Below, one piece after another: positions 38,905 through 51,570 of a DNA stretch of 64,000 nucleotides; the stretch's first letter is position 1, and each line of letters opens with the position of its first letter. A program made the translations under genes and the position numbers. The notes under the pieces are model-generated. The model made no database searches. It was not told where the DNA came from and saw only the letters and a list, made by a program, of their open reading frames with translations. Source of the DNA: Chiloscyllium plagiosum (Eukaryota); contig NC_057720.1 in assembly GCF_004010195.1 (NCBI RefSeq), forward strand, positions 15,454,430 to 15,518,429. The letters are read 5' to 3'.

Positions 38905-40690
38905 ATCTGAAAAACAGCCTTCCACCACCACCCTCTGTCTCCTACCATAAAGACAATTTTGTATCCAACTGGCAATTTGATCCTGAATCCCATGTGATTT
39001 AACTTTACTAATTAGTCTATCATCTGATCTGGAACCTGATCAAAAATGTTACTAAAGTCCATGTAAACAATGTCTATCGCTCAGCCCTCATCAATCTTTT
39101 TGGTTACTTCCTCAAAAACTCAATCAAGTTGGTGAGACATGATTTCCCTCGTACCATGTTGACTATCCTGACTCATTCCTTGCCTCTTCAAATGCATGGA
39201 GATCCTATCTTTCATATTCATCTCCAACAACTTACCCATCACCGATGTCAGACTCACAAGTTTATTATTCCCAGGCTTCTCCCTACAGCCTTTCGTAAAA
39301 AAAAGCACAATATTAGCCCACCCTCCAGTCCTCCGGCATTTCACCCATGGTTATAGATGGTACAAATATTTCTGCTAGAGGCCCAGCAATTTTCTCCCTA
39401 ACTTCCCACAACATCCTGGGATACACTTGATCAGGCTCCAGAGTTTTATCCACCTTTTGTAACATCAATATTTGTTTCCCTGAGTTCTCTAGCCTCTATT
39501 TCTTTCCCCACAGTAAAAACTGATGTGGAATACTCATTTAATATCTCTCCTATCTCCTGAGGTTCAACGCAAAGACTACGTCTTTGATCTTTAAGGGGCA
39601 CTACTCTCTCTCTCTCTCGTTGCTCTTTTATTCTTAATGTACCTGTAGAATCTCTTTGGATTATCCTTAACTTATATGCCAAATTTATCTCATATCCTCT
39701 CTTTGCCTTCCTGACTTCCCTTTTAAAAATGCCCGACATTCTTTATACTCTTCAAGAGATTCATTTGATCCCAGTTGTCTACATCTAATAAATGATTCTT
39801 TTTTTATTTTTGACTAGAACCTCAATATCTTTATTCACTCATTGTTCCCTAATCTTACCAGCTTTACCTTTCACTCTAACAGGAACATAATGCCTCTCAA
39901 CCCTCGTCATAAATTTTGAAAGCCTTCCAATTTTCAATCGTCCCTTTACTTCTGAACTACGTACTCCAATCAACTTTTGAAAGTTCTTGTCTCACACCAT
40001 TAAAGTTTACCTCATTCCAATTAAGAACTTTAATTTTAATGGAAGGCTTCTCCATTTACATAACTATTTTAAAACTAATAGAATTATGATCACTCATCCC
40101 AAAGTGTTCCCTTACTAACACTTCAGTCAATTGCCCTGCCTTATTTCCCAAGAGAAGATTAAGATTTGCTTCTTCTCTCGTAGGAACATTTACATAATGA
40201 TTAAGAAAATTGTTTTGAACACATTTAACAAATTCCTCACCATCCAAACCTTTAACACTGTGGCAGTCCCAGTCAATGTTTGGAAAATTAAAATCCGCTA
40301 CTGTTACAACCGAATTATTCTGACATATATCTGAGATCTCTCTACATATTTGCTCTTCAATTTCTCTCTGACTGTTGGGGACCCTATAGTGCAATCCCAT
40401 CAAGTTGATCATCACTTTCTTATTTCTAATTTGAACACATTTTTTTCACTGGACGATCCCTCAGAAATATCCTCTCTAATTACAGTAGTAATGTTTTCCT
40501 TAATCAATAATTTAAACAATCCTTAGATAAGCACATGGATGATTTTGGGATAGTGTAGGGGGACGAGCTGAGAATAGTTCACGGGTCGGCATGGCATCGA
40601 GGGCCGCAGGGCCGGTTCTGCGCTGTATTGTTCTATGTTCTATAACAATACTCCCCCTCCTTCCTTATCCCCTTCCTACAGCATCTAAAC
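38905..40690 (-). mobile_element. CR1-type LINE ORF2 fragment (endonuclease to RT)
   Basis: ORF 40056-40415 YRVPNS..DFNFPNIDW..PTRE..LLL..SDH; a short plus-strand CR1 tail is inserted at ~40512-40642. Confidence 0.9.
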
Positions 40691-40740
40691 CCTTGTCACA
40701 CTTTGTTTTGAAGGTTCTTACTCAAACCAGCAGATGGGGT

Positions 40741-41038
40741 AGATTAGATTCCCTACAGTGTGGAAACAGCCCCTTCAGCCTAACAAGTCCACACCGACCC
40801 TCCGAACAGCAACCCACCCAGACCCATTCCCCTACATTTACCCCTGACTAATACACCTAACATTATGGGCAATTTAGCAGTCTTTGGACTGTGGGAGGAA
40901 ACTGGAGCACCCGGAGGAAACCCACGCTGACACAGGGAGAATGTGCAAACTCCACACAGGCAGTTGCCCAAGGCGGGAAGTGAACCCAGGTCCCTAGCGC
41001 TGTAAGGCAGCAGTGCTAACCACTGAGCCACCTTGCCA
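40741..41038 (-). mobile_element. HE1-type SINE
   Basis: Typical head and tail. Confidence 0.9.
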
Positions 41039-41149
41039 CCAACCATTGGGTGTTGTAATTATTGTGGAAATCTTGTCAATATCTATCTGCTTCAACCATC
41101 TGATGGTCAACTCCAAGTCAAAACTCAAATAGCCAACCAGTAACGTCGA

Positions 41150-41403
41150 TAAAAGCAAAATAACGCAGATGCTGTAAAATCGGAAATAAAAACAAGAAGT
41201 GCTCAGCAGATCTGGCATCTGTGGGGAGAGAGAAACGGAAGTTAATATTTCGAGTTCAAAATGACTGTTCTCCAGAAGTATTCTTCTGTTCTCTTCTCCA
41301 GTTCTGAAGAATCGACGTAATGGACTCGAAACATTAGCTCTGCTTCTCTCTCGAAAAACGCTGCCAGGCTGCTGAGCTGCTCCAGCACTTTCTGGTTGTA
41401 TTT
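41150..41403. mobile_element. Palindromic Penelope-derived element, family D
   Basis: Inverted arms; agtt-ctgaaga...gactc-gaaacatt-agct; near-TSD accagtaacgtcgat / actagtaacttctat. Confidence 0.72.
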
Positions 41404-41578
41404 AACTAGTAACTTCTATGAATTTAAAAATAGGAAAATTAGTAATAGCCAAAGATTAAACTTCAAGGAAGTGGGAAATACTTTCCTGTAAAAATGTTTA
41501 TTTTCCAACAGTTACTGATTTAACCAGATTTGTTTTCAAATTAATGTGTTGTTTGCACCCAAATGATGAGCTCTATCT

Positions 41579-41884
41579 TATAGATTAGATTCCCTACAGT
41601 GTGGAAACAGGCCCTTCGGCCCAACAAATCCACACCGATCCTCCGAAGAGTAACCCACCCAATCCCATTTCCCTCTGACTAATGCACTTAACACTATGGG
41701 CAATTTAGTATGGCCAATTCACCTGACCTGCACATCTTTGGACTGTGGGAGGAAACCGGAGCACCCGGAGGAAACCCACGCAGACACGGGGAGAATGTGC
41801 AAACGCCACACAGACAGTTGCCCAAGGCTGGAATCGAACCTTGGATCCTGGTGCTGTGAGGCAGCAGTGCTAACCACTGAGCCA
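41579..41884 (-). mobile_element. HE1-type SINE
   Basis: Typical head and tail, low divergence. Confidence 0.93.
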
Positions 41885-42490
41885 AGTGATAGGAGGTGGA
41901 AAAGGATACTCTTTTCAAGGATGAGGGTGTCACTGGCAATGACAGCATTGGCTCCCCATCCCTAATTGCCCTTGAGCTGCTCGCTCTGTCAGTTAACTGC
42001 CAGAGGACATATCCCCAGACCATTAACCTGAGTAGCCACTGGTCCAGTGACATTATCACTGTGCCAATATTTCCCTCTGACTTGTGTGAAATAATCAAAC
42101 AACAGAGAGACGTCAACAATCTTATTAAAGAAATTAATCAAACAACGGGACATCGCTCAAGGACATGTGATTGTACAATGGAGGTATGTTAACTTTTTTG
42201 ACTCATTGATGTCATGCTTAAGTTTGGAGGCTCTGACATGGGATTTTCACTCAGTTGGGCTGGTTGCCGTGTGTTTCATCCAGAATCAGCAATACCACAA
42301 CAAAAAAAAAGGTATTTTAAGTGCAAATTATGTTCAGCTCAAATTCAATTTGTGTGATTTTTTTTGAATTAGCTTAAAATAATAGTGTGTTGATATCGGA
42401 CTAGCCCACAAAAGTGGACACCTCTCCAGATTGCAGTAAATGCAAGATCCAAAGATTTGCAGGTCAGGTGGATTGGCCATGCTAAATTGC

Positions 42491-42621
42491 TGATTCCTGA
42501 AGAAGGGCTTATGCCCGAAACGTCGATTCTCCTGTTCCCTGGATGCTGCCTGACCTGCTGCGCTTTTCCAGCAACACATTTTCAGCTCTGATCTCCAGCA
42601 TCTGCAGACCTCACTTTCTCC
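42491..42621 (+). mobile_element. Single-arm Penelope-derived end, family B
   Basis: TSD ccatgctaaattgc at 42477-42490 and 42622-42635. Confidence 0.9.
42492..42529 (+). ncRNA. Minimal type-I hammerhead ribozyme motif (family B)
   Basis: gattc-CTGAAGA-a-GGGC-ttat-GCCC-GAAA-CG-TC-gattc; predicted cleavage after C42524; stem I 4/5 paired. Confidence 0.7.
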
Positions 42622-43024
42622 CCATGCTAAATTGCCCATTGTGTCCAGTAATGTGTAGGCTAGATGGAAATTAACCATGGGAAATGCAAAGTTATAGGGC
42701 TAGGGTAGAGGGAGGATGGGTCTGGGTGTGATGCTTTTCGGAGGGTGGTGTGGACTCATTGGGCTGAATAGCCTGCTTCCACACCATAGGGATTCGATGA
42801 TGATTTTGCTAACTGCATCCTTTTGTGAATTTGATGGTGTTCTGGAGCTGTACTTGTCAGAGGTAAAGGCATTAATGGATATGTTTTAAAAGCTTTCACA
42901 CTTATTTATTGAGCAATTGACTATTCAGTACTAATGTAATTGGTAAAGTATCCTGTACAGCTTTCTTAAAAAAATGTATAATGCTTAGGTGTATAAAATT
43001 TCAAGTTACTCACAAGCAGTGTTC

Positions 43025-43790
43025 AGTCAAGATCTTTTCCCCAAGTTAGGGAAGTCCAATATTAGAGGGTATGGATTAAAAGTGAGAGGGGAAAGATTCA
43101 AAAGGGACATAAGGGGCAACCTTTTCACGCAGAGGGTGGTGCGTGTATGGAATGTGTTGCCAGAGAAAGTGGTGGAGGCTGGTACAACTGCAACATTTAA
43201 AAGGCATCAGGATGGGTATATGAATAAGGAGGGTTTGGAGGGATATGGGTCAGGTGCTGGCAAATGGGACTAGATTAATTTAGGATATCTGGTCGGCATG
43301 GATGAGTTGGACTGAAGGGTCTGTTTCCGTGTTGTGTATCTCCATGACTCTGTGCAGAACTAAAGGCTGGGCTGACCTTATAGAGGTTTATAAAATCAGG
43401 AGGGGCATGGATAGGGTGAACAGCCAAGATCTTTTTCCCAGGGCAGGGAAGTTCAAAACTAGAGGGCTATGGGCCAAATACTGGCAAATGGGTCTAGATT
43501 AGTTTAGGATATCTGGTCAGCATGGACTGGTTGGACGAAGGGTCTGTTTCCTTGCTCTATAGCTCTAATATAAATATGCATATTTTGTCAAGATAACTCT
43601 TTAAGAAAACAGCACCTCATAGAGTCATATGTACAGCACGGAAACAGACCCTTCGGTCCGACCCGTCCATGCCGACCAGATATCCCAACCCAATCTAGTC
43701 CCACCTGCCAGCACCCGAACCATATCCCTCCAAACCCTTCCTATTCATATACCCATCCAGATGCCTTTTAAATGTTGCAATTGTACCAGC
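43025..43790. mobile_element. Cluster of three CR1/HER1 3' ends (43025-43352 +, 43360-43565 +, 43618-43790 -)
   Basis: FTQRVVRVWN motif and gaagggtctgtttcc tails. Confidence 0.88.
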
Positions 43791-44383
43791 CTGCAGCACC
43801 TAGTTACTAATCTGATATATACAAGGATTTATTTATAATGTTAAATTTAGACAACATCCTCATGGCCACTACCACTGGGGAAGGCAAAAGCATTGAAGCA
43901 TCAGTGCCATCTCTGAATGCTGAACCAAATTACACATCTTCCTGACTTTATGGCCCCTCATCCTCTTCCACTGAGTAAAAGTCCATGTGTTGGTTTCTTT
44001 GCCTTAGCAGGGGGAGCCTGTCATGCAGTGAGGTCTTGTACAGTGGGAGTGAACAGAGAGAGGATTCTCATTGATGAATAGGAGTTTAAATTTGAGGTTT
44101 GTCTTTACTCCTTTTGGTCTCTTCCAACAACAACAGCTTGCATTTGTATATTGCTTTTGAATGTAGTGAAAATCCCATGGTGGTTCACAGGAGCGTTACC
44201 AAATGTGTGCATTCATGATTCCAGTTACTTAATACAAGCAGCTGATGACTTGTAGCAATCGTCTGACGTTGACTGACTTTGTCTAAGAAGCACAGTTTGC
44301 ATGTGATAATTAGACAAAGAAATATATGACTGGAACAGATGAAAATGTGTCATTGATTCCAAAGCTGTCCTGTAGAATGAGGA

Positions 44384-45866
44384 GACAAAAAAACTGCAGA
44401 TGCTGGAATCCAAAATAGACAGGCAAGAGGCTGGAAGAATGTAACAAGCCTGGCAATATCAGGAGGTGGAGAAGTCAATGTTTCGGGTGTATCCCCTCTT
44501 CAGGCCTGGGGGTTGGTGTTGGGAGAGCTGCATATAAAGAGGGTAGTGGTGACACGTTGGTGCAGTGGGACAGTGAAGTGCAGTGGGTACGACCTGGTTG
44601 GTCAATGGGCGGAATGAATCCGGTTGGTGGCGGGAAGCAGTGGCAGTGAGGGGGACGGGCTGGGAAGAGAGTCGGGGGAAGGGGAGGAAGATAATTTGAA
44701 ATTGGAGAACTCAATGTTGAGTCCTCCGAGCTGTACCCAGGCAGAAGATAAGGTGTTGTTCCTCCATTAGGCGCTGTGGTTTGTTTTGGAAATGGAGGAG
44801 GCCAAGGATGGTCATGTCGGAAAAGGAGTGGTTGGAGGATGGAAATGGGTGGTGACTGGGAGGTCTGGTCGGTCCCTGCAGACCCGGCTGCGATGTTTGG
44901 TAAACCGTTCCCTAAATTTACATTTGGTCTCCCCAATGTCGAGAAGACCACATCGGGACACCAGATACAGTAAACTAGGTGGAGGAGAGGCAAGTGAACC
45001 TCTGTCTCACCAGGAAGGACTGTTTGGGACCCTAGGTACGCATCATCCTCAAACACTTCTGCCAATTCCAAATAGACACCACCACCAAGAACATCGTCCC
45101 CCTCCCCATGCTTCTCAGCCTTCTGCAAGGACCGTTCCCTCCGATAGTCCTTGGTTCATGCCAACCCCATCACCGAACCCCCAGGTACCTTCCCCTGCAA
45201 TGGGAAAAGATGCAAAACCCTGCTGGTACACCACACACCTCACCTCCATCCAGGGCCTCAAACAGTCCTTCCAGGTGGGACAGAGGTTCACTTGCCTCTC
45301 CTCCAACCTAGTTTACTGTATCCGGTGTTCCTGATGTTCTCAGGGAGACTGAACGTAAACTTAGGAAATGGTTTGCCGAGCATCACAGCTGGGCCTGCAG
45401 GGGCTGACCAGACCTCCCAGTCACCACCCATTTCACTTCCTCCAACATGACCAGTCCCTTTCCAACATGACCATCCTCGGCCTCCTCCACTGCCAAAACA
45501 AGCCACAGCGCCTATTGGAGGAACAACACCTCATCTTCCGCCTGGGCACCCTACAGCTCAGAGGACTCAACGTTGAGTTCGTCAATTTCAAATAATCTCC
45601 CTCCTCATCCCCGACTCTCTTCCCAGCCCCTCCCCCTCCCATCCACTGGTCCCTGCCACCAACCAGATTCATTCCTCCCATAGACCAACTAGGTCGTACC
45701 CTCTTACTGTTGTCACCTACCTCCACTTCACCACCCTGTTGCTGCCACTCCCTTTATCTGCAACTCCCCCCACATCCACCCCCAGTCCTAAAGAAGGGTT
45801 ACACCCAAAAAGTTGACTTCTCCACCTGGCTTGCTGTGTTCTTCCAGCTTCCTGCCTATCTACTCG
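44384..45866. mobile_element. Penelope-like element with ~600-bp inverted arms (GIY-YIG fragment), family B'
   Basis: Plus arm 45034-45864: FPCNGKRCKT, FTCLSSNLVYCIRCS, LEEQHLIFRLGTL; minus arm 44384-45033; near-TSD tgtagaatgagga (44371) / tgtagagtgggga (45867). Confidence 0.9.
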
Positions 45867-46255
45867 TGTAGAGTGGGGAAACTGGGGCTGTAGTTTTGGA
45901 GGAGGTGGAGTGTTCATCCCTGAGATCGTGCAGTCTTCTGTAGTAACTGCTTTTGTTCTTACCTCGGGCTGTTGTCGGGAATTCCTGGTGTCCTCTCAAG
46001 AAGGTGAGGAGCTTGAATGCCCTGGATCCAAGCTCTCTGTCTTATCTCCCCTCCGTGTTGATGTCCTTATTTCAGATAGTAGGAGTCAGTGCTATGTCAG
46101 TGTCTTGTCCAAACTCTCTTGGCCATGATCATGGACAGTTACTCATGATGCCAGGCTGACCACTGTCCCTTTGGCCACCTCCATTTGAAGTTTGTTTTCA
46201 TTCCTTCTAAAGTCGAAAATTTCTTATTTTCCATAACGCTGCATTTATTATAGGG

Positions 46256-46424
46256 ATGATATGGAGGGGCTGATGTTGGACTGGTTTGGGCAAGGTTAAA
46301 AATCACACAGCACTAGGTTAATGTCCAACAGGTTTTTTGAAAACATAAGGAGCTTTGCTCTGAAAGCTTGTGATTTCAAATAAACCTGTTACACTATCAC
46401 CTGGTGTCATGTGATTTTTGATTT
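46256..46424. mobile_element. Palindromic Penelope-derived element, family A variant
   Basis: aaaaatcacacagcactagg / cctggtgtcatgtgattttt arms. Confidence 0.8.
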
Positions 46425-46466
46425 TATAATAGGAGAGTGCGGTGCCCGATAAGACTTTTGTTTACT

Positions 46467-46850
46467 AACAAAAACAGAAACTGCTGAAAACTCTCAGCAG
46501 GTTGGTCAGCATTGGTGGAGCGAAATCAGAGTTGAACACTTCGGGTCCAGTGACTTTTCTTCAGAACAGCTGTAAAAAGTTGATTTTTATGCAGAAGGCA
46601 GGGTGAGGGGATGGGTGTAAGGAGTCAACGATAGGAGAAGGTTGAGCCCAAAGAGAGAGAAGAACAAAGCATTGGCCAGACAAAGTATTGGATAACGATC
46701 AGCCTGGGTGAAGGAATGGCTGCTGATGGGGACTAATGGTAGTATGTAATAGCAGACCATGTGATAACAAGGCCTGGTGTGTGGGGGTTGGGGTAAGGGC
46801 ATGGGAGAAGGTGCAAACCCTAAAATTGTTGAACTCGGTATTGAGTCCAG
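46467..46850 (-). mobile_element. Penelope-like 3' end, family D-related
   Basis: Minus strand ttctgaagaaaagtcactggacccgaag motif followed by PLE tail; preceded by the pyrimidine-rich 3' region. Confidence 0.65.
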
Positions 46851-46857
46851 AGCCTGA

Positions 46858-47165
46858 GAATCCCTACAGTGCAGAAGCAGGCCATTTGACCCAGTGAGTC
46901 CACATCAACCCTCTGAACACCATCCCACCCAATCCCAGTAACCCAGCATTTCCCACGGATAATCCACCTAACCCACACATCCCTGGACACGATGGCCAAT
47001 TTAGCACAGCTAATTGACTCAAGCCGCACATTTTTAGACTGTGGGAGGAAACCAGTGCATACTTGGGGATAATGTACACAATCCACACATTTGCCAGAGG
47101 GGGAATTAAACCCAGGTCCCTGGCACTGTGAGGCAGCAGTGCTAACCACTGAGCCACCATGCCAT
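46858..47165 (-). mobile_element. HE1-type SINE
   Basis: Typical head and tail. Confidence 0.87.
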
Positions 47166-48603
47166 ACCTACAAAAGGCTGTGGAGTTCCCAACTCCCAGC
47201 TTGCACTGAGTTTTGCTGGAGCACTGCAGCAAGTCTGAGACAGAGAACAGGGTGGTGTATTGAATTGGTAAGATAAGTCTTTTGTTTACACTTGTAGAAG
47301 GCTGGCTGCTACTGTAACACAATTAAACGAGGTCTCATGTTCCTTGGGCAATGTTAAATGTGGAATACTAAAAGAGCACAGTTTAAAAGGGCATTCCAAA
47401 TTTCCACATGAAGTTTTGACACTGATCTATAGAATTGGGACAAAAAGCTGTACAGAATATTTTGCAGGGATGAGAGAGAACGGGAAAGGATGAGGAAGTG
47501 AAGTGCCAAGCTTAGGGTCTGTGGATAACGGTAGCACGATGAAAATTGGGAAGGCAAGAAGCTGGGATTGGTGGAGCGCAGATATCTCCGGTGCAGGATG
47601 TTACTGGGATGGAGAGGGGTGAGAGATTTTGAAGCATGGATGGGAATTTTAAAATTGAGGTGAAGTCAGACTGGATGACAAGCAGCAATCACCATGTTGA
47701 TGGGCATACTTAATTGTTAAAATTGCAATAAAATTGGAGTGCGTTTTGGTGTGTTACATTGTGAAATGTGAGCATTTCAGGTCTAGAAGCTAAATAAATG
47801 GGGGATTCATTGAAGCATTGGAAATGAGACTGGGCGAGGGCATGACAACTGATGTTATACAGGTTACAAATGTGCTAAATAAATGTTTTACCAAGGAGAA
47901 GACAAGTAAATGAGTTGATCAGGAAAGGGAAATAGAGCATGTTGCAAAGGTAACTTGTGATACTAATCATGTTGCCATCACCATGGTTGCTGAACAACTG
48001 TGAAAACATAAGATAAATAAATCACAGAGGCCAAATAACACTCATCTGATGATTCTTAAAGAAATAACAGAGAAAATTACAGGAACTCAGGCATAAAACA
48101 TTGACCAGAAACAGAATTGGACCAGCCGTATAAATACTGTGACAACACGAGCAGGTCAGATGCTGAGAGAATTCTGCAACAATTAACACACTTCCTGCCT
48201 CCTCACTGCCTGTCCATCACCTACAAGGCTGAAGTCAGGAGTGTGATGGAATACTTCCCACTTACCTGCAGCTCCAAGAAGCTTGACACCATCCAGGACA
48301 AAGCAGTCCACTTGATTGGCACCACATTGATGAATGTCCACTCCCTCCACCACTGATGCTCGGTAGCAACATTGTGTACCATTTATAAATGCAGTGCAGA
48401 AATCCAACAAGCCTTTTGACACTTTCAGATCTTTGACATCTATCACCTAGAAAGACCCAAGTTGCAGATGTGCCATAACTTCACCACCTGCAAGTTCCAC
48501 CCCAAGTCACACACCATTTTAACTTTGAACTATATCACCATTCTTTCAGTGTTGCTGGTACCAAATTCCGGAACCTCCTTCCCAACATACTGTGACTGCT
48601 GTA

Positions 48604-50018
48604 CAAAGTTAAAAATCACACAACACCAGGTTATAGTCCAACAGGTTTATTTGGAAGCACTAGCTTTTGGAGCGCTGTTCCTTCATCAGGTGGTTGTGGA
48701 GTATAAGATCGTAGGACACAGAATTTATAGCAAACTTAAATAATATATTGAAAAAGACCTGGATTGTTTGTTAAGTCTCTTATCTTTTAGAATGGGTATG
48801 CTGTTTTAGTTCTTTCATATGTAAATTCCAGAACTTTCTTAAAGTTACATTCTGAAGTAAACTTTAACAATAGTTGCAAATTTGGCCCAGATAATGCATT
48901 AAAGGTGTGAGCTGCCCTGTGTGAGACTGTCTGTGCCCCAATCTTCATACAGGTTTTGAGCAAAATAAAATGTAATTCTGCAAATACAAATTCACCCCAT
49001 AAACATACATATATATATGTGTGTGCATGTGGGTGTGTGTGTGTGCAGGGGGTTGTAAGTGTCTGTGAGAGAGTGTATCTGTGTGAGTGTGAGTGTAAAA
49101 GGGTATAAGTCTGTGAGAGTGTGTGTATGTGTGTGGTTCAGTGGGGTCACCTGTAGTGTGACATGAACCCAAGGTCCCAGTTGAGGCCATCCCCATGGGT
49201 ACTGAACTTGGCTATCAGCCTCTGCTCGGCCACTTTTCATTGTTGTCTGTTCCGAAGTCTGCCTTGGAGGATGATCACCCGAAGGTCCAAGGTCGAATGT
49301 TCTCCGACTGGGAGGGAATACTCCTGTCTGTTGATCGTTGTGTGGTATCCATTCATCTGTTGCCATAGCCTCTGCTTGGTTTCACCAATGTACCATGCCT
49401 CAGGGCATCCTTGTCTGCAGCAAGTCACATGAGTACCTGCCATGTATATGGTGAGAGGTCTCCCCACATGTAATGGTTCAACTGTTTCGACCAGGACCTT
49501 GGGTTCCTGTCACACTTCAGGTGACCCCACTGCACACACACTCACACATGAACCCTCTCGCAAACTTATACCTCTTCATACTCACGCTCAAAAACTGCAT
49601 GAATCCGTGAAAGATTCTGTAAATCCATTTTTTTAGATTAAAGTCAGTCTGACCATTGGGGCACAGACAACCTCACACAGGGCACCTCACACCTTCAATG
49701 CATTATTTGGGCCAACATGGCAGCTATTAGTAAAGTTCACTTGAGAATGTAACTTTAAGAAAGTTCTGGAATTTACATATGAAAGAACTGAAACCAACAT
49801 GCCCACTTGAAAAGATAAGAGACTTAATAAACAATAATTTCAGTTACATCACACTGTAAACGTTTGCTATAAATTCTGTGTCTTGCGATCTTATGTTCCA
49901 CATCCACCTGATGAAGGAGCAGTGCTCCGAAAGCTAGTGCTTCCAAATAAATCTGTTGGAGTATAATCTGATGTGTGATTTTTAACTTTGTACATTCCAG
50001 TCCAACACCTCCACATCA
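48604..50018. mobile_element. Penelope-like element with inverted arms and GIY-YIG fragment, family A
   Basis: ORF 49237-49467 CRQGCPEAWYIGETKQRL..RQEYSLPVGEH; termini match the short family A elements; TSD tgactgctgta at 48593-48603 and 50019-50029. Confidence 0.92.
49905..49939 (+). ncRNA. Minimal type-I hammerhead ribozyme motif (family A), intact
   Basis: CAC-CTGATGA-A-GGAGC-agt-GCTCC-GAAA-GC-TA-GTG; predicted cleavage after A49936. Confidence 0.78.
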
Positions 50019-50439
50019 TGACTGCTGTAATTCAAGAAGGCAGCTTTTCAAGGACAAATAGGGATGTGCAATCACTGCTGGCCTATCCAGCAATGCCAAA
50101 TCCTGTGAAAATAACCATAAAATGAAAGAGGAATCACTAATTCTTGACAGGTGCTCAGGCCCTGGAAAATCTAAGGACCTTTGAGTTTGATATCCACAGA
50201 GAATACCTTTCTGGAAATCCTTATCAGAGATAAAAAATACAATTACTAAAAATAGTCACCATGGTAAATCCTGGTGCATGAAAATCTTACTAATTTATTT
50301 CACTGATTTTCATTGAGGGTGGGGAATTTCATTGGGATTATCCAGTGGATATGTGAATTTAGTAAGTTCAGTTACACATAAACTCCGGCAGAAATCTGGA
50401 TTTATGAATCTAAATTGGCTTTGGGTGTGGGAAATAATG

Positions 50440-51570
50440 TTTCACAAACTTGACTGAGTTTTTTGAAGAAGTAACAATGAGGATTGATGAGGATAGCGTG
50501 GTGGACGTGATCTATATGGACTTCAGTAAGGTATTCAACAAGGTTCCCCATGGGAGACTGGTTAGCAAGGTTAGATCTCATGGAATACAGGGAGTACTAG
50601 CCATTTAGATATGGAACTGACTTGAAGGTTGAAGACAAAGAGTGGTGGTGGAGGATTGCTTTTCAAACTGGAGGCATGTGACCAATGGAATGCCACAAGG
50701 ATTGTCATTTATATAAATGATTTGGATGTGAACATAGGAGGTATAGTTAGTAATTTGCAGATTATACCAAAATTGGAGGTGTAGAGGACAGCGAAGAAGG
50801 TTACCTCAGAGTACAATGGGATCTTGATCAAATGGGCCAATGGGCTGAGAAGTGACAGATGGAGTTTAATTCAGATAAATGCGAGGTGCTGCATTTTGGG
50901 AAAGCAAATCTTAGCAGGACTTATACACTTAATGGTAAGGTCCTAGAGAGTGTTGCTGAACAAAAAGACCTTGGAGTGCAGGTTCATAGCTCCTTGAAAG
51001 TGGAGTTGCAGGTAGATAGGATAGTGAAGGTGGCGTTTGGTATGCTTTCCTTTATTGGTCAGAGTATTGGGTACAGGAGTTGGGAGGTCATGTTGTGGCT
51101 GTACAGGACATTGGTTAGGCCATTTTTGGAATATTGCATGCAATTCTGGTCTCCTTCCTATCAGAAGGATGTTGTGAAACTTGAAAGGATTCAGAAAAGA
51201 TTTACAAGGATGTTGCCAGGGTTGGAGGATTTGAGCTATAGGGAGAGGCTGAAGAGGGTGGGGCTATTTTTCCTGGTGTGTCGGAGGCTGAGGGGTGATC
51301 TTATAGAGGTTTATAAAGTCATGAGGGGCATGGATAGGATAAATAGACAAAGTCTTTTCCTTGGGGTCTGGGAGTCCAGAAGTAGAGGGCATAGGTTTAG
51401 GATGAGAGGGGAAAGATATAAAAGGGACATAACAGGCAACTTTTTCATGCATAAGGTGGTACGTGTGTAAGGCATCTGAATGGGTATACGAATAGGAAGG
51501 GTTTTGAGGGATATGGGCCAAATGCTGGCAAATTGGACTAGATTGAGTTGTACATCTGGTCGGCATGAAC
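50440..51570 (+). mobile_element. CR1/HER1-type LINE RT-3' fragment
   Basis: DFSKVFNKVPH; ORF 50859-51470 (203 aa) KCEVLHFG..LYRTLVRPFLEYC..RLRGDLIEVYK. Confidence 0.95.

Larger units (their letters stand above)
42447..42795 (+). mobile_element. 5'-truncated HE1-type SINE split by a Penelope-derived end
   Basis: tccaaagatttgcaggtcaggtggattggccatgctaaattgc...ccattgtgtcc. Confidence 0.85.
48100..50110 (+). mobile_element. Old LINE 3' fragment (CR1/L2 group) split by a Penelope-like element
   Basis: ORF 48117-48356 YKAEVRSVMEY..KLDTIQDKAV; resumes at 50019. Confidence 0.8.

Noticed and set aside
50859..51470. 203-aa ORF as a host or domesticated gene
   Set aside because: Ordinary CR1 RT C-terminus; upstream RT has stops and deletions.
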